Assembly (NCBI GenBank): GCA_035503355.1
Contig: DATJTQ010000179.1
Coordinates: forward strand, 1-58,475
From: Solirubrobacteraceae bacterium
GTDB lineage: Bacteria > Actinomycetota > Thermoleophilia > Solirubrobacterales > Solirubrobacteraceae
Length of the DNA stretch: 58,475 nucleotides
Direction: 5' to 3'
A model generated the notes under the pieces. That model saw only the letters and a program-made list of their open reading frames with translations. It made no database searches and was not told the origin of the DNA. The translations under genes were made by a program, and so were the position numbers. Below are positions 45,173 to 54,553 of the stretch, one piece after another (the stretch's first letter is position 1; each line of letters begins with the position of its first letter).

Positions 45173-45204
45173 CTCCGGCTTTTGGACGGATGTCTGATGA
45201 TCGC

Positions 45205-45891
45205 TCAAGGACCGAGATGCACTTCACCGGCGTTGAGCGCCTGGCGCCCGTCGGCGGTGTCCACCAGCAGGTGCCCGTGGGCATCGATGCCGGCGCCGCG
45301 GGCCGTCCCTCCCGCCCATGTGATCGTCTGACCCAGCAGGGCGTCGCGGGCGCGCACCGCCTCGAGCATCTCCGTGGCCGGCGCGGCCAGCCACCGCCGC
45401 AGCGACGCGAGCAGCGCCCCCAGCACCGGCTCGATCGCCTCGGGCCCCAGACCGAGCGTCCCTGCGCGGCCGGCCAGCTCGGCCGGGAAGTCCTGCGGCG
45501 CCAGCGCCACGTTGACGCCGATGCCGATGACGCCCCAGCCCTCCTGGGGCCGTCCCTCGACCAGGATCCCCGCGACCTTGCGCCCGTCGACATACACATC
45601 GTTGGGCCACTTGAGCTGCGCCTCGCGGCCGACCGCCTCCGCGGTGGCCACCCCGGCCCGCAGGGACATCAGCGGCGGCGGGTCGCGGACGATCACCGAG
45701 CACAGCAGTGAGCTCCCCGCCGGCGCGGTCCACGTGCGGCCCTGGCGGCCGCGCCCCGCGGTCTGCTCCGCGGCGGTGACGAGCATGCCGTGCGGCGCTC
45801 CCGCCGCGGCCAGCTCTCGGGCTCGGGTGCTGGTGGAATCGGTGCGGCGCAGGTGCAGCCGGGGGGTCCCGAACGGCGCGGCGGTGGTCAT
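45205..45891 (-). CDS. birA: Biotin--protein ligase (no HTH)
   Basis: TDSTS, QTAGRGRQGRTW, LKWPND, KVAGIL, GIGVN. Confidence 0.93.
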   Translation of the reverse strand: MTTAAPFGTPRLHLRRTDSTSTRARELAAAGAPHGMLVTAAEQTAGRGRQGRTWTAPAGSSLLCSVIVRDPPPLMSLRAGVATAEAVGREAQLKWPNDVYVDGRKVAGILVEGRPQEGWGVIGIGVNVALAPQDFPAELAGRAGTLGLGPEAIEPVLGALLASLRRWLAAPATEMLEAVRARDALLGQTITWAGGTARGAGIDAHGHLLVDTADGRQALNAGEVHLGP

Positions 45892-45928
45892 GACCTGCCC
45901 CCGGGTGCGGCCCGGGCGCGGCAGGGCC

Positions 45929-46756
45929 TCATCCGGGGCGGATGCGCAGCTCGTCGTCGAGCCCCAAACCCAGGCGCTTGGCCGCGTCGCCGTGGTTGAC
46001 GGCCACCGCCAGGCGGCGTTGGGCGTCCTCGTAGAGCAGCAGCTCGTCGGGGACGGCGTCGGCGAACGTCCGCACGTAGTGGACCGGATGGGCGCTCCCG
46101 TCGCCGGGCTCGACGGTGGCGGCCCGTCCCAGCCGCAACCCGGACTGGGCCAGGTCCTCGTGGCCCACGTTGAGCTGCAGGTTGCCGAAGCGGTCCACAT
46201 AGCGCACATGGGCCACGACGGCGCCGTCGCGGATCTCGGGCATCGGGAGGCTGAGCACCACGAGGTCCTCGGCGTCCATCAGGGTGCCGGCATCGGTCAG
46301 CGTCGCCCCGCCCGCGAGCGCGGCGGCGACCGGCGCGAAGATGTCGCGGCCGTGGAACGTCGCCGACACCGGCTGCAGGCGGAAGCGGCTCTGCGCGATG
46401 TCCACCGCCTCGACGATCCCGTCGGCCGCCTCGGCGGCCACCGTCAACAGGCCGTTGTCAGGACCGACGAAGCGACGGCCGTCGCCGGTGCGCAGTGCCA
46501 CGGCGCGTCGCTGCGCGCCGACGTCGGGGTCCACCACGGCGAGGTGCACCCCCACCGGGAGATACGCGATGGCCTCGGCGAGGACGATGGCCCCGGAGCG
46601 CACGTCGTGGCGCCCGATCCCGTGGGTCACGTCGATGACCCGGGCCTGCGGGCACGCCTTGGCGATGACGCCATGGCAGATGCCGACGAAGTCGTCGGCC
46701 AGCCCGTAGTCAGACAGGAAGGTGATGACCGGTGATGGATTCTGCGTGCTGGGCAT
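45929..46756 (-). CDS. SAM hydrolase/halogenase family (DUF62), hydroxide adenosyltransferase type
   Basis: LSDYG, VVDPDVG..RR, GPDNG, SATFHGRD, DRFGN. Confidence 0.92.
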   Translation of the reverse strand: MPSTQNPSPVITFLSDYGLADDFVGICHGVIAKACPQARVIDVTHGIGRHDVRSGAIVLAEAIAYLPVGVHLAVVDPDVGAQRRAVALRTGDGRRFVGPDNGLLTVAAEAADGIVEAVDIAQSRFRLQPVSATFHGRDIFAPVAAALAGGATLTDAGTLMDAEDLVVLSLPMPEIRDGAVVAHVRYVDRFGNLQLNVGHEDLAQSGLRLGRAATVEPGDGSAHPVHYVRTFADAVPDELLLYEDAQRRLAVAVNHGDAAKRLGLGLDDELRIRPG

Positions 46757-48225
46757 CAGCGTGCCGACGCATCATCCACGATCGCGCCGATCAGGCCGTC
46801 GATGTCGTGCCGGGCGGCCTCGACGTCGGGCGCCCGGCCATGCTCGCGCAACGTCTCGCTGGTCACCGGCCCGATGCTGACCAGGCGGGGGCGCTGGGGG
46901 AGCGCGCCGTGCAGCGAGTCAAAGAAGAACCGCACCGTCGACGACGAGGTGAAGGTCACGTAGTCGGCGCCGGCCACGGCCTCGCGCTGGTCATCGGACA
47001 TCGGCTCGGCCACCGTCTCGTAGAGATCCACGACGTCGACCTGGGCGCCGCGCTCACGCAGCGCGTCGGGGAGCACGTCCCGCGCCTGGCTGGCCCGTGC
47101 CACCAGCGCCCGTGTCACCGGCAGCTCGGCCAGCGCCTGGACCAGTCCCTCGGCGACGAACTTCTCGGGCACCACGTCGGCGATGAGCCCGTGCTCGCGC
47201 AGCGCGGCGGCCGTCCCGGGGCCGATGGCCGCGAGGCGCACGCCGCTGAAGGCCCGAGCATCCTGCCCGGCGCGGTAGAGCCGGTCGAGCAGGAACCGGA
47301 CCCCGTTGGGGCTGGTGAGGCAGACGAGGTCATAGCGCGACAGGTCCGGGGCGGCCCCCTCGATCTCACGGATGCGGATGGCCGGTGCCTCGACGACCGC
47401 GGCACCCAGGCCGCGCAGCCGGGACGCCAGCCCGCTGGCCTGCGCGCGCCCCCGGGTCACGGCCACGGTCCGGCCGCCCAGCGGTCGTGACTCGAACCAG
47501 GCCAGCTCCGAGCGCAGCGCCGCCACCGGCCCGAAGACGCTGACCGCCGGCGCCTTGATCCCGGCCCCGGCCGCCACACGGGCGATCGTTTCCAGCGTCC
47601 CGGTCACCACTCGCTGGTCAGGCAGCGTGCCACGCTGGATGACCGCGGCGGGCTCGTCGCCGGGGCGCCCGGCGGCCCTGAGTTCGCGGGCGATCGCCTC
47701 CAGCGTTCGTACGCCCATGTAGACCACCAGCGTGCCGGGGAAGCGGGCCAGCGCCGCCCAATCGAGCGCCGACTCGGACTTGGCGGGGTCCTCGTGGCCG
47801 GTGACGAAGGCCACCGCGCTGGCGCCATCGCGATGGGTGACGGGGATGCCCGCGTACGCCGGCGCGGCCACGCCGGCAGTGACGCCGGGCACCACCTCGA
47901 AGGCGATCCCCGCGGCGCGCAACTGCTCCGCCTCCTCTCCCCCGCGGCCGAAGACGAACGGATCCCCGCCCTTGAGGCGCACCACGTCGCGTCCGGCAGC
48001 GCCATGCTCCAGCAGTCGTGCCGCGATATCGTCCTGCGATATCGACGGGCCGCCGCCCTCCTTGCCCACGTAGATGAGCTCGGCATCGGGGCGGGCGCCG
48101 TCCAACGCAGTGGCGGGGATGAGCCGGTCGTGGATGATGACGTCGGCCCGGGCGATCAGCTCCAGCGCCCGCGCGGTGAGCAGCCCCGGATCGCCCGGCC
48201 CCGCCCCCACCAGATAGACGGTCAC
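46756..48225 (-). CDS. cobA: Uroporphyrinogen-III C-methyltransferase/synthase fusion (CobA-HemD)
   Basis: GTG 48225; VYLVGAGPGDPGL, RLKGGDPFVFGRGGEE; HemD-like TSPNGV, FTSSSTV. Confidence 0.93.
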   Translation of the reverse strand: MTVYLVGAGPGDPGLLTARALELIARADVIIHDRLIPATALDGARPDAELIYVGKEGGGPSISQDDIAARLLEHGAAGRDVVRLKGGDPFVFGRGGEEAEQLRAAGIAFEVVPGVTAGVAAPAYAGIPVTHRDGASAVAFVTGHEDPAKSESALDWAALARFPGTLVVYMGVRTLEAIARELRAAGRPGDEPAAVIQRGTLPDQRVVTGTLETIARVAAGAGIKAPAVSVFGPVAALRSELAWFESRPLGGRTVAVTRGRAQASGLASRLRGLGAAVVEAPAIRIREIEGAAPDLSRYDLVCLTSPNGVRFLLDRLYRAGQDARAFSGVRLAAIGPGTAAALREHGLIADVVPEKFVAEGLVQALAELPVTRALVARASQARDVLPDALRERGAQVDVVDLYETVAEPMSDDQREAVAGADYVTFTSSSTVRFFFDSLHGALPQRPRLVSIGPVTSETLREHGRAPDVEAARHDIDGLIGAIVDDASAR

Positions 48226-49091
48226 GCCGCGACCTTCTCGGCCTGGCGCAGCAGGTCCGCGGCCCCCGCCGACAGCATCCGCTGCGCGCACACCGGGCCG
48301 ATCTCATCCGCGTCGCCCGTGACCTCGTCGCGCAGCCACGCCGATCCGTCGGGCAGGCCGACCCAGGCCTGCACGGTGAACCGTCCGTCACCGAGCGCCC
48401 GGGCATGGGCACCGACCGGCGTGTGGCAGGTCGCGCCGAGCGCGTGCACGAGCACCCGCTCGGCGGTCACGCAGGCCGTCGCCCCCGGGTCTGAGACCGC
48501 CGCCAGCACGTCGGGCGCGACCGCGCCGGTGCGCGCCTCCAGGGCCAGCGCGCCCTGTCCGGCGGCGGGCACGAACTCCGACAGCACCCCTCCGGCCTCG
48601 GCGCCACGGCCGAGACGGTCCAGCCCCGCGGCGGCCAGGATGGCGGCGTCGACCTGCCCCTCGGCGAGCTTGCGCAGCCGGGTGTCGACGTTGCCGCGCA
48701 GCTCCAGCACCTCCAGGTCGGGTCGCGCCGCGCGGACCTGGGCGGCCCGGCGCAGGCTGCTGGTCCCGATGCGGCTGCCCGGGTCCAGCGCGTCCAGCGC
48801 GGGCGCGCCGCAGATGACGTCGTGCGCGGCCGCCCGCTCGGGGATGGCGACGAGCTCCAGTCCGTCGGGCAGCTCGGTGGGCACATCCTTGGCCGAGTGC
48901 ACGGCGATGTCGATGCGCCCGTCCTGGAGCTGGAACTCCAGCTCGGAGATCCAGCGCGACTTGTCCAGCGTGGCGGCGCCACGGTCACCCAGGGTCGTGA
49001 TGGTCACGATCTCCACGTCGGGCCCGAGACGCTCCGCGACCCAGCGCGCCTGCACCAGGGCCAGCGCGCTGCCCCGCGTGCCGATCCGCAT
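48222..49091 (-). CDS. hemC: Porphobilinogen deaminase
   Basis: RIGTRGSALALVQ, VHSAKD, GTSSLRR, RGNVDTRL. Confidence 0.96.
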   Translation of the reverse strand: MRIGTRGSALALVQARWVAERLGPDVEIVTITTLGDRGAATLDKSRWISELEFQLQDGRIDIAVHSAKDVPTELPDGLELVAIPERAAAHDVICGAPALDALDPGSRIGTSSLRRAAQVRAARPDLEVLELRGNVDTRLRKLAEGQVDAAILAAAGLDRLGRGAEAGGVLSEFVPAAGQGALALEARTGAVAPDVLAAVSDPGATACVTAERVLVHALGATCHTPVGAHARALGDGRFTVQAWVGLPDGSAWLRDEVTGDADEIGPVCAQRMLSAGAADLLRQAEKVAA

Positions 49092-50467
49092 CAGGCTCGC
49101 CGCTGGCCGCGCGCCGGCAGCGCGTGGACCTGGGCCACCCCGACCTCTGGCTCGTCCTCGGCCAGCGCGGCATCCAGCGCCTCACCGGCGGGGACGCCCT
49201 CCTCGACGGCGAGCCCGAAGAGGTCACGGATCAGCGCCATGCGCGCGTGCACGCGGTCGTCGTGCATCGCCTTCATCTGCAGGGTCGGCTCGTGGAGCAG
49301 GCGGTTGACCACGGCGCGGGCCACGGCGTCGACGCGCTCCAGGTCCCGGGGCGAGGCCGACTCCCACTTGCCACTGTTCTCGTCGACCACCTGGCCCGCG
49401 ATCTGGGCGGCGCGGGCACGCAGGGCGGCCAGCGTCGGCAGCACCTCGAGCGAGCCCAGCCACGTCGCGAACTTCTGGATCTCCTCCTCGATGATCCCCT
49501 CCGCGCGCCGCGCCTCGGCCTGGCGGACCTTGCGGTTGCGGGTGGCGATGGCCTGCAGGTCGTCGATGTCGATGAGGGTGACGCCCTCCAGCCCGGCGCA
49601 GGCATCGTCGATGTCGCGGGGAACGGCGAGGTCGATGAGCAGCAGCGGCCGGCCCTCCCGCGCGCGCATCACGTCGGCGATCTCGCGTACCTCCAGCAGG
49701 AGATGGGGCGAGGCGGTCGCCGCGACGACGATGTCGGCGCTGACCAGCGCCTCGGGGAGCTCGTCGAGCGGGATGCTCGAGCCATGGAACCGGCGGGCCA
49801 GGCTGAGGGCCCGGTCACGCCGGCGGTTGGCGACGAACACGGTGGCAACGCCGCTGTCGGCCAGCGCGCGCCCGGTCAGCTCACCCGTCTCGCCGGTGCC
49901 GATGATGACCACGTGCCGGTCCGTCAGATCGCCGAGCGTCTCACGCGCCAGGGCGACGGCCGCGCCGGGAAGGCTGAGCTGCCCCTCGCCGACGGCGGTC
50001 TCGGTGCGGACGCGCTTGCCGGTGGCCAGCGCCGCCCCGAACAGCCGATTGGTCAGCGGGCCGGTGGTCTCCCGGCTCAGCGCCGCCTCGTACGCGCGCT
50101 TGACCTGGCCCTGAACCTCGGCCTCGCCGACGAGCATCGAGTCCAGGCCCGAGACGACCCGGTACAGATGGCGCGCGGCATCGCAGTTGCGGTGGGAGTA
50201 GATGGCACCGGCCAGCTCGGTGGGCCGGATGCCCGCCTGGCGGGCCAGCATGGTCAGCACCGTGGACTCGGCCTCGACGGGGTCGCCGACCACCAGGTAC
50301 AGCTCGGTCCGGTTACACGTCGACACCGCCACCGCCTCGTGGACCTCGGCCCCGCCGCGCAGGTCGCGCAGGAACTCGGTGGCGCGCGCGTCGGGCAGCG
50401 CCAGGCGCTCGCGCACCTCGACCGGCGCGGTCTTGTGCGAGACGCCGATGGCCAGCAGCTCGCTCAC
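49091..50467 (-). CDS. hemA: Glutamyl-tRNA reductase
   Basis: SHKTAPVEVRE, STCNRTE, GLDSMLVGE, IDLAVPRD. Confidence 0.96.
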   Translation of the reverse strand: MSELLAIGVSHKTAPVEVRERLALPDARATEFLRDLRGGAEVHEAVAVSTCNRTELYLVVGDPVEAESTVLTMLARQAGIRPTELAGAIYSHRNCDAARHLYRVVSGLDSMLVGEAEVQGQVKRAYEAALSRETTGPLTNRLFGAALATGKRVRTETAVGEGQLSLPGAAVALARETLGDLTDRHVVIIGTGETGELTGRALADSGVATVFVANRRRDRALSLARRFHGSSIPLDELPEALVSADIVVAATASPHLLLEVREIADVMRAREGRPLLLIDLAVPRDIDDACAGLEGVTLIDIDDLQAIATRNRKVRQAEARRAEGIIEEEIQKFATWLGSLEVLPTLAALRARAAQIAGQVVDENSGKWESASPRDLERVDAVARAVVNRLLHEPTLQMKAMHDDRVHARMALIRDLFGLAVEEGVPAGEALDAALAEDEPEVGVAQVHALPARGQRRA

Positions 50468-50691
50468 AGCACCGCCTCGCGCTCGCGATCGGCGGCCGCG
50501 TCGCCGGCGGCTCGGGCGGCGTCGACGTCGCGCCGCAGCTCGTTGAGCTCCTGCTCCAGACGCTGCGCCCGGATGGCCATGATCGCCACGTAGGCGAGGA
50601 TGAGCACGACGAAGACGATGTACGCCGCGGCGACGTACTTGCCCGAGGTGCCGAGCGGAAGCGCCGGGGCGCTGGCGATCAGCAGGCTCAT
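50464..50691 (-). CDS. Small single-TM protein, CcmD-like
   Basis: ATG 50691 overlapping ccmC stop; KYVAAAY + TM + charged helix; position after ccmC. Confidence 0.75.
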   Translation of the reverse strand: MSLLIASAPALPLGTSGKYVAAAYIVFVVLILAYVAIMAIRAQRLEQELNELRRDVDAARAAGDAAADREREAVL

Positions 50692-51419
50692 GACGGCGCC
50701 GCGCTCCGCCCCACCGGCCGCACCGCGTCGTCGCCGAGCAGGCTGCGGCGCAGCCGGCGCACCTGCGAGCGGGCGTTCTTGGAGGCCATCTCGAACTTCC
50801 ACAGTGTCACGTAGAGCAAGGCGATCCCGGCCAGCGAGACCACGAACACCAGCGCCATCGCGGGTGGAAGGTTGGCGCTGGTCAGGGTCAGGACCCGCGG
50901 ATGGACGTAGGCGGTGGCCAGCGACACCGCCAGATAGTTCAGGGGCACGAAGGCGCCGGCGACGATCGCGAACACGCTGGCGTAGCGCGACTGTCGCTCG
51001 GGGTCCTCGATCGAGAAGCGCAGCGGCTGGTAGGTGGCGAAGAGCAGCAGCACGATCAGGTAGGAGACGAGCGTCGGCTCGTTCCACACCCACCAGTGGC
51101 CCCAGGACGCCTTGGCCCAGATCGAGCCGGTGATCAGCCCGCCCACACCGAAGATGAGCGCCATGTGGATGGCCACGTAGGAGCGCATGTCCCAGGCGCG
51201 GTCGCCGGTCCGCAGGTAGCCGATGGCCAGCAGGCCTCCGAAGATGAACCCGCACAGCGACACGATGGCCAGCGGCACGTGGATGTAGAAGATCTTCTGC
51301 ACGAACCCCTGGCCGGCGTCCAGGGGCGCGTAGAAGAAGACCAGCGCCAGGGCGAGGCCGATAGTGATGGTGGTGGCCAGCGACAGCGTGCGCAGGCCCT
51401 TGCCGTAAGTGGGGGAGAT
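50688..51419 (-). CDS. ccmC: Heme exporter protein C
   Basis: KIFYIHVP, TGSIWAKASWGHWWVW WWD motif, VHP; frame open to ATC 51419 behind GGAGG. Confidence 0.9.
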   Translation of the reverse strand: MSPTYGKGLRTLSLATTITIGLALALVFFYAPLDAGQGFVQKIFYIHVPLAIVSLCGFIFGGLLAIGYLRTGDRAWDMRSYVAIHMALIFGVGGLITGSIWAKASWGHWWVWNEPTLVSYLIVLLLFATYQPLRFSIEDPERQSRYASVFAIVAGAFVPLNYLAVSLATAYVHPRVLTLTSANLPPAMALVFVVSLAGIALLYVTLWKFEMASKNARSQVRRLRRSLLGDDAVRPVGRSAAPS

Positions 51420-51421
51420 CG

Positions 51422-52096
51422 CTATTCCTCCAGCAGGAAATCGAACACCGCGTATGCGATCAGTCCGAACACCACATCATAAAGAGCCAGGATCAGTACC
51501 CACTTCCCCGGCGGGGTGCTGGCGGCGTGGGAGGCGGCGAGCAGGGGGCCGGCGCCCCGCGCGGTGGCGATGAGCGCGGGCACCAGGAGCGGGAGGCCCA
51601 GCATCGGGCCGATCAGGTCGCGCGCACGGGTGTGGACGGCGATGGCCGAGACGAAGGTCCCGATCACCGCCAGGGCCAGGTTGGCCAGGGCCAGCAGCAG
51701 GATGAGCCCCGGAAGCGCGTGCCCGAGCGACGGCCCCAAGAGGAACAGCCCGAAGGCCGGGACGGCGACGATCTCGAGCACTACCAGGAACAGGAACAGC
51801 GCGCTGGCCTTGGCCACCAGCAGCGCGGTCCGATCCACCGGCGCCAGGAGGAAGGCGTCAAAGCCTCCCTGCTCGCGTTCGGCGACGAACAACCGGTTGA
51901 TCCCCAGCATGGCCGCGAAGAGCAGCGTGACCACCAGGACGCCCGCGGCCAGCTGACCGTCGATCGTCGTGCGGTTCAGGCCGAAGTGGAAGATGACGAA
52001 GGTCACCAGCGCGAACAGGACCATGGCCGGGAGGGTCTCCCACGTGCGCATCTCCAGGCGCAGGTCCTTGCGCAGCACCACCATCGCGGTCCTCAT
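51422..52096 (-). CDS. ccmB: Heme exporter protein B
   Basis: KDLRLE.R, FVAEREQG.FD, LPLLVP. Confidence 0.92.
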   Translation of the reverse strand: MRTAMVVLRKDLRLEMRTWETLPAMVLFALVTFVIFHFGLNRTTIDGQLAAGVLVVTLLFAAMLGINRLFVAEREQGGFDAFLLAPVDRTALLVAKASALFLFLVVLEIVAVPAFGLFLLGPSLGHALPGLILLLALANLALAVIGTFVSAIAVHTRARDLIGPMLGLPLLVPALIATARGAGPLLAASHAASTPPGKWVLILALYDVVFGLIAYAVFDFLLEE

Positions 52097-52782
52097 GCGT
52101 ACAGCGCTCCGAGCCGTTCCTCGCCGAATTCGGCCGGGTCGCCCACGAAGGCGGGACGGCCGTCCTTGAGGGCCAACACCACGTCGGCCTCGGCCAGCGC
52201 GGATCGCGGGTCGTGGCTGGTGAGCACGCGCGTGCAGCCGCTGGCGCGTCCGATCAGCGGTTCGATGAGATCCGAGGCCCCCGGGTCGAGGTTGGCCCGG
52301 GGCTCGTCGAGCAGCAGCAGCCGGGGGCGGTGCAGGACCGCGCGGGCCACCGCCAGGCGCTGCGTCATCCCGCGCGAGAGCAGGCGGACGGGGTCTGAGG
52401 CGCGGCGCTCCATCTGCACCGCCTCCAGCACCTCGTCCACGCGCTCGAGCGCCACCCGGTGCAGGCGCGCGTGGTACTCGAGGTTCTCCCGGCCGCTCAG
52501 GTCGCGGTAGAGCAGCGGCTCGTGGCCGAGCAGCCCCAGCTGGCCGCGGATCAGGTGGGCCCGGGCAGGGACGGGCTCGCCGAGCAACTCCACCGCGCCG
52601 GCATGCGGGCGCAGCAGCGAGGCGAGGATCCGCAGCAGGGTCGTCTTGCCCGCCCCGTTGCGTCCCAGCACGGCCAGCGTGGCGCCGGCCGCCACCGTCA
52701 CCGAGACGTCGCGCAGCGCGGTCCGCTCGCCGAAGTGGCGTGCGACCGCCCGCAGCTCAATGGCCGGGGGTCCGCTGACCAC
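52093..52782 (-). CDS. ccmA: Heme export ABC ATPase
   Basis: [32 protein letters not shown]; precedes ccmB. Confidence 0.88.
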   Translation of the reverse strand: MVSGPPAIELRAVARHFGERTALRDVSVTVAAGATLAVLGRNGAGKTTLLRILASLLRPHAGAVELLGEPVPARAHLIRGQLGLLGHEPLLYRDLSGRENLEYHARLHRVALERVDEVLEAVQMERRASDPVRLLSRGMTQRLAVARAVLHRPRLLLLDEPRANLDPGASDLIEPLIGRASGCTRVLTSHDPRSALAEADVVLALKDGRPAFVGDPAEFGEERLGALYA

Positions 52783-53251
52783 GCTCGCGTTGCAACGTCG
52801 CGACGACGTGCTCGAGCGTCGGCGCGATCACAGGGAAGAGCTCTTCGATCGCCTTCGGATTGCCGGGGAAGTTGATGATCAGCGAGCGGCCCACGATCCC
52901 GGAGACCCCCCGCGTCAGGATGCCCATCGGCGTGTGACGCGCGCCCTCGGCGCGCAGCGCCTCGGCAAAGCCCGGCGCAGCGCGCTCGATCACCGCTGCG
53001 GTGGCCTCGGGGGTGACGTCGTCGTCGGTGAGCCCGGTGCCGCCGGTGGTGAAGATGAGCGAGGCGCCCTCGGCGGCCCGCCGGCGCAGCCAATCCTCGA
53101 TCGCGGTCCGGTCGTCGGGCAGCACATCGCGCGCGACGATCTCGGCGCCGGCGGCCTGGGCGTGCTCGGCCAGGGCGGCGCCCGAGAGGTCCTGCGTCTC
53201 GCCCGCGGCCACGGACGTGGAGACGGTGAGGATGGCGGTCTTCATGGGCAC
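52757..53251 (-). CDS. mog: Molybdopterin adenylyltransferase (MogA/MoaB)
   Basis: ILTVS, DLSG, TTGGTG..DDVTPEA, NFPGNPKA; start GTG 53251 or ATG 53245. Confidence 0.9.
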   Translation of the reverse strand: MPMKTAILTVSTSVAAGETQDLSGAALAEHAQAAGAEIVARDVLPDDRTAIEDWLRRRAAEGASLIFTTGGTGLTDDDVTPEATAAVIERAAPGFAEALRAEGARHTPMGILTRGVSGIVGRSLIINFPGNPKAIEELFPVIAPTLEHVVATLQRERGQRTPGH

Positions 53252-53297
53252 GGGCTGAGGATAGGTGGGCGCGGGTGCGAAGGCGCGCCGGGGCGGC

Positions 53298-53777
53298 TCA
53301 GCGCTGCCAGTGCCCGGAGCGGCCCCCGGCCTTCTCCAGCAGGGCCACGCCGGTGATCTCGGCCCCGCGCTCGACGCCCTTGACCATGTCATAGACCGTC
53401 AGCGCCGCCACCGAGGCGGCGGTCAGCGCCTCCATCTCCACGCCGGTCCGACCGGTGGTGCGCGCCTCGGCGATGAGCTCGATCTCCCCCGCGGCGACGT
53501 CGATGGCGCCCTCCACGCCGACGTAGGACAGCGCCAGGGGATGACAGAGTGGGATGAGCTCGGAGGTCCGCTTGGCCGCCTGGATCCCGGCGATCCGGGC
53601 CACCCCGATGACATCGCCCTTCGGCGCGTTGCCCGCGGCCACCTTGGCCGCGGTCTCGGGCGTGACGCGGACCACCGCCCGCGCCCGGGCGCGCCGCTCG
53701 GTGGCGGGCTTGTCGGACACGTCGACCATGCTCGCCTGGCCGGAGGCGTCGAGATGAGTGAGCTCTGACTCGCTCAT
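53298..53777 (-). CDS. moaC: Cyclic pyranopterin monophosphate synthase
   Basis: LTHLD, MVDVSDK, LIPLCHP, TGVEMEAL, YDMVK. Confidence 0.96.
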   Translation of the reverse strand: MSESELTHLDASGQASMVDVSDKPATERRARARAVVRVTPETAAKVAAGNAPKGDVIGVARIAGIQAAKRTSELIPLCHPLALSYVGVEGAIDVAAGEIELIAEARTTGRTGVEMEALTAASVAALTVYDMVKGVERGAEITGVALLEKAGGRSGHWQR

Positions 53778-53799
53778 GGGCGGCAGCGGGGCGAGGTGC

Positions 53800-54462
53800 T
53801 CACCCGGCGACGGGAGCGTGCGCTCGCTGCGCGGCGGCGATGAGATCCCGCACCTCGCCGGCGCGCCCGTCGCGCAGGAGATCGATCGGGTCCGGATCGC
53901 CGTTGACGATCGACTCGAAGAACTCCTTGCGGTCCTGGTAGGTGGGCAGTGTGCCCTTGGCCCAGCCGCGCGCGTCGTTGAGCAGGACGGCCAGGTCCGC
54001 GTAGGGCTCGCCGAACAGGTCGGCGATCTCGCGCTTCATCCGCTTGGCCAGAGCCGGCGAGGCCCCCGCGGTCGAGATCGCCACCGCCAGGGGACCGGTG
54101 CGCACGATCGCGGGGAGGATGAAGTTGCACAGCGGCGGCACGTCGACCACATTGACCAGCATCGCCCGCCGCTCGGCGTCGTCGAAGACCCGGATGTTGA
54201 CGTCGGTGTCGTCGGTGGCGGCGATCGCGATCAGGCAGCCCTCGAGGTCGCCGGACTCATACGCGCGGCGCTCCCACCGGATCGAGCCCTCGTCGGCCAG
54301 CTCGAGCAGCGCCGGGTGCGCCTCGGGGGCGATGAGCGTGACCGCGGCGTCGCAGGCCAGCAGGCCCTCCACCTTCTCCAGGCCGATGTCCCCTCCGCCG
54401 ACGACGACGCACCGGCGGCCCTTCAGCCGCAGGCAGGCGATGTAGAACGGCGTGTCGAGCAT
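53800..54462 (-). CDS. Precorrin-2 dehydrogenase/ferrochelatase (SirC/CysG N-terminal-like)
   Basis: [35 protein letters not shown]. Confidence 0.92.
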   Translation of the reverse strand: MLDTPFYIACLRLKGRRCVVVGGGDIGLEKVEGLLACDAAVTLIAPEAHPALLELADEGSIRWERRAYESGDLEGCLIAIAATDDTDVNIRVFDDAERRAMLVNVVDVPPLCNFILPAIVRTGPLAVAISTAGASPALAKRMKREIADLFGEPYADLAVLLNDARGWAKGTLPTYQDRKEFFESIVNGDPDPIDLLRDGRAGEVRDLIAAAQRAHAPVAG

Positions 54463-54553
54463 GTCGCGCACGCAGCTCTGGTCACAGATCCCCTTGCGGT
54501 ACTGACAGACGCATTCCTTGCCGGCGTAGGCCTGGGCGGGCATGCGGTTAAGC

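Noticed and set aside
45929-46756. True fluorinase/chlorinase
   Set aside because: Has the Asp/Arg/His (TFHGRD) residues of hydrolysing DUF62 enzymes and sits in a housekeeping context.
54463-54543. Cys-rich N-terminal extension ([24 protein letters not shown]) of the SirC-like ORF
   Set aside because: Family similarity begins at MLDTPF; probably intergenic sequence that happens to be open, though not excluded.
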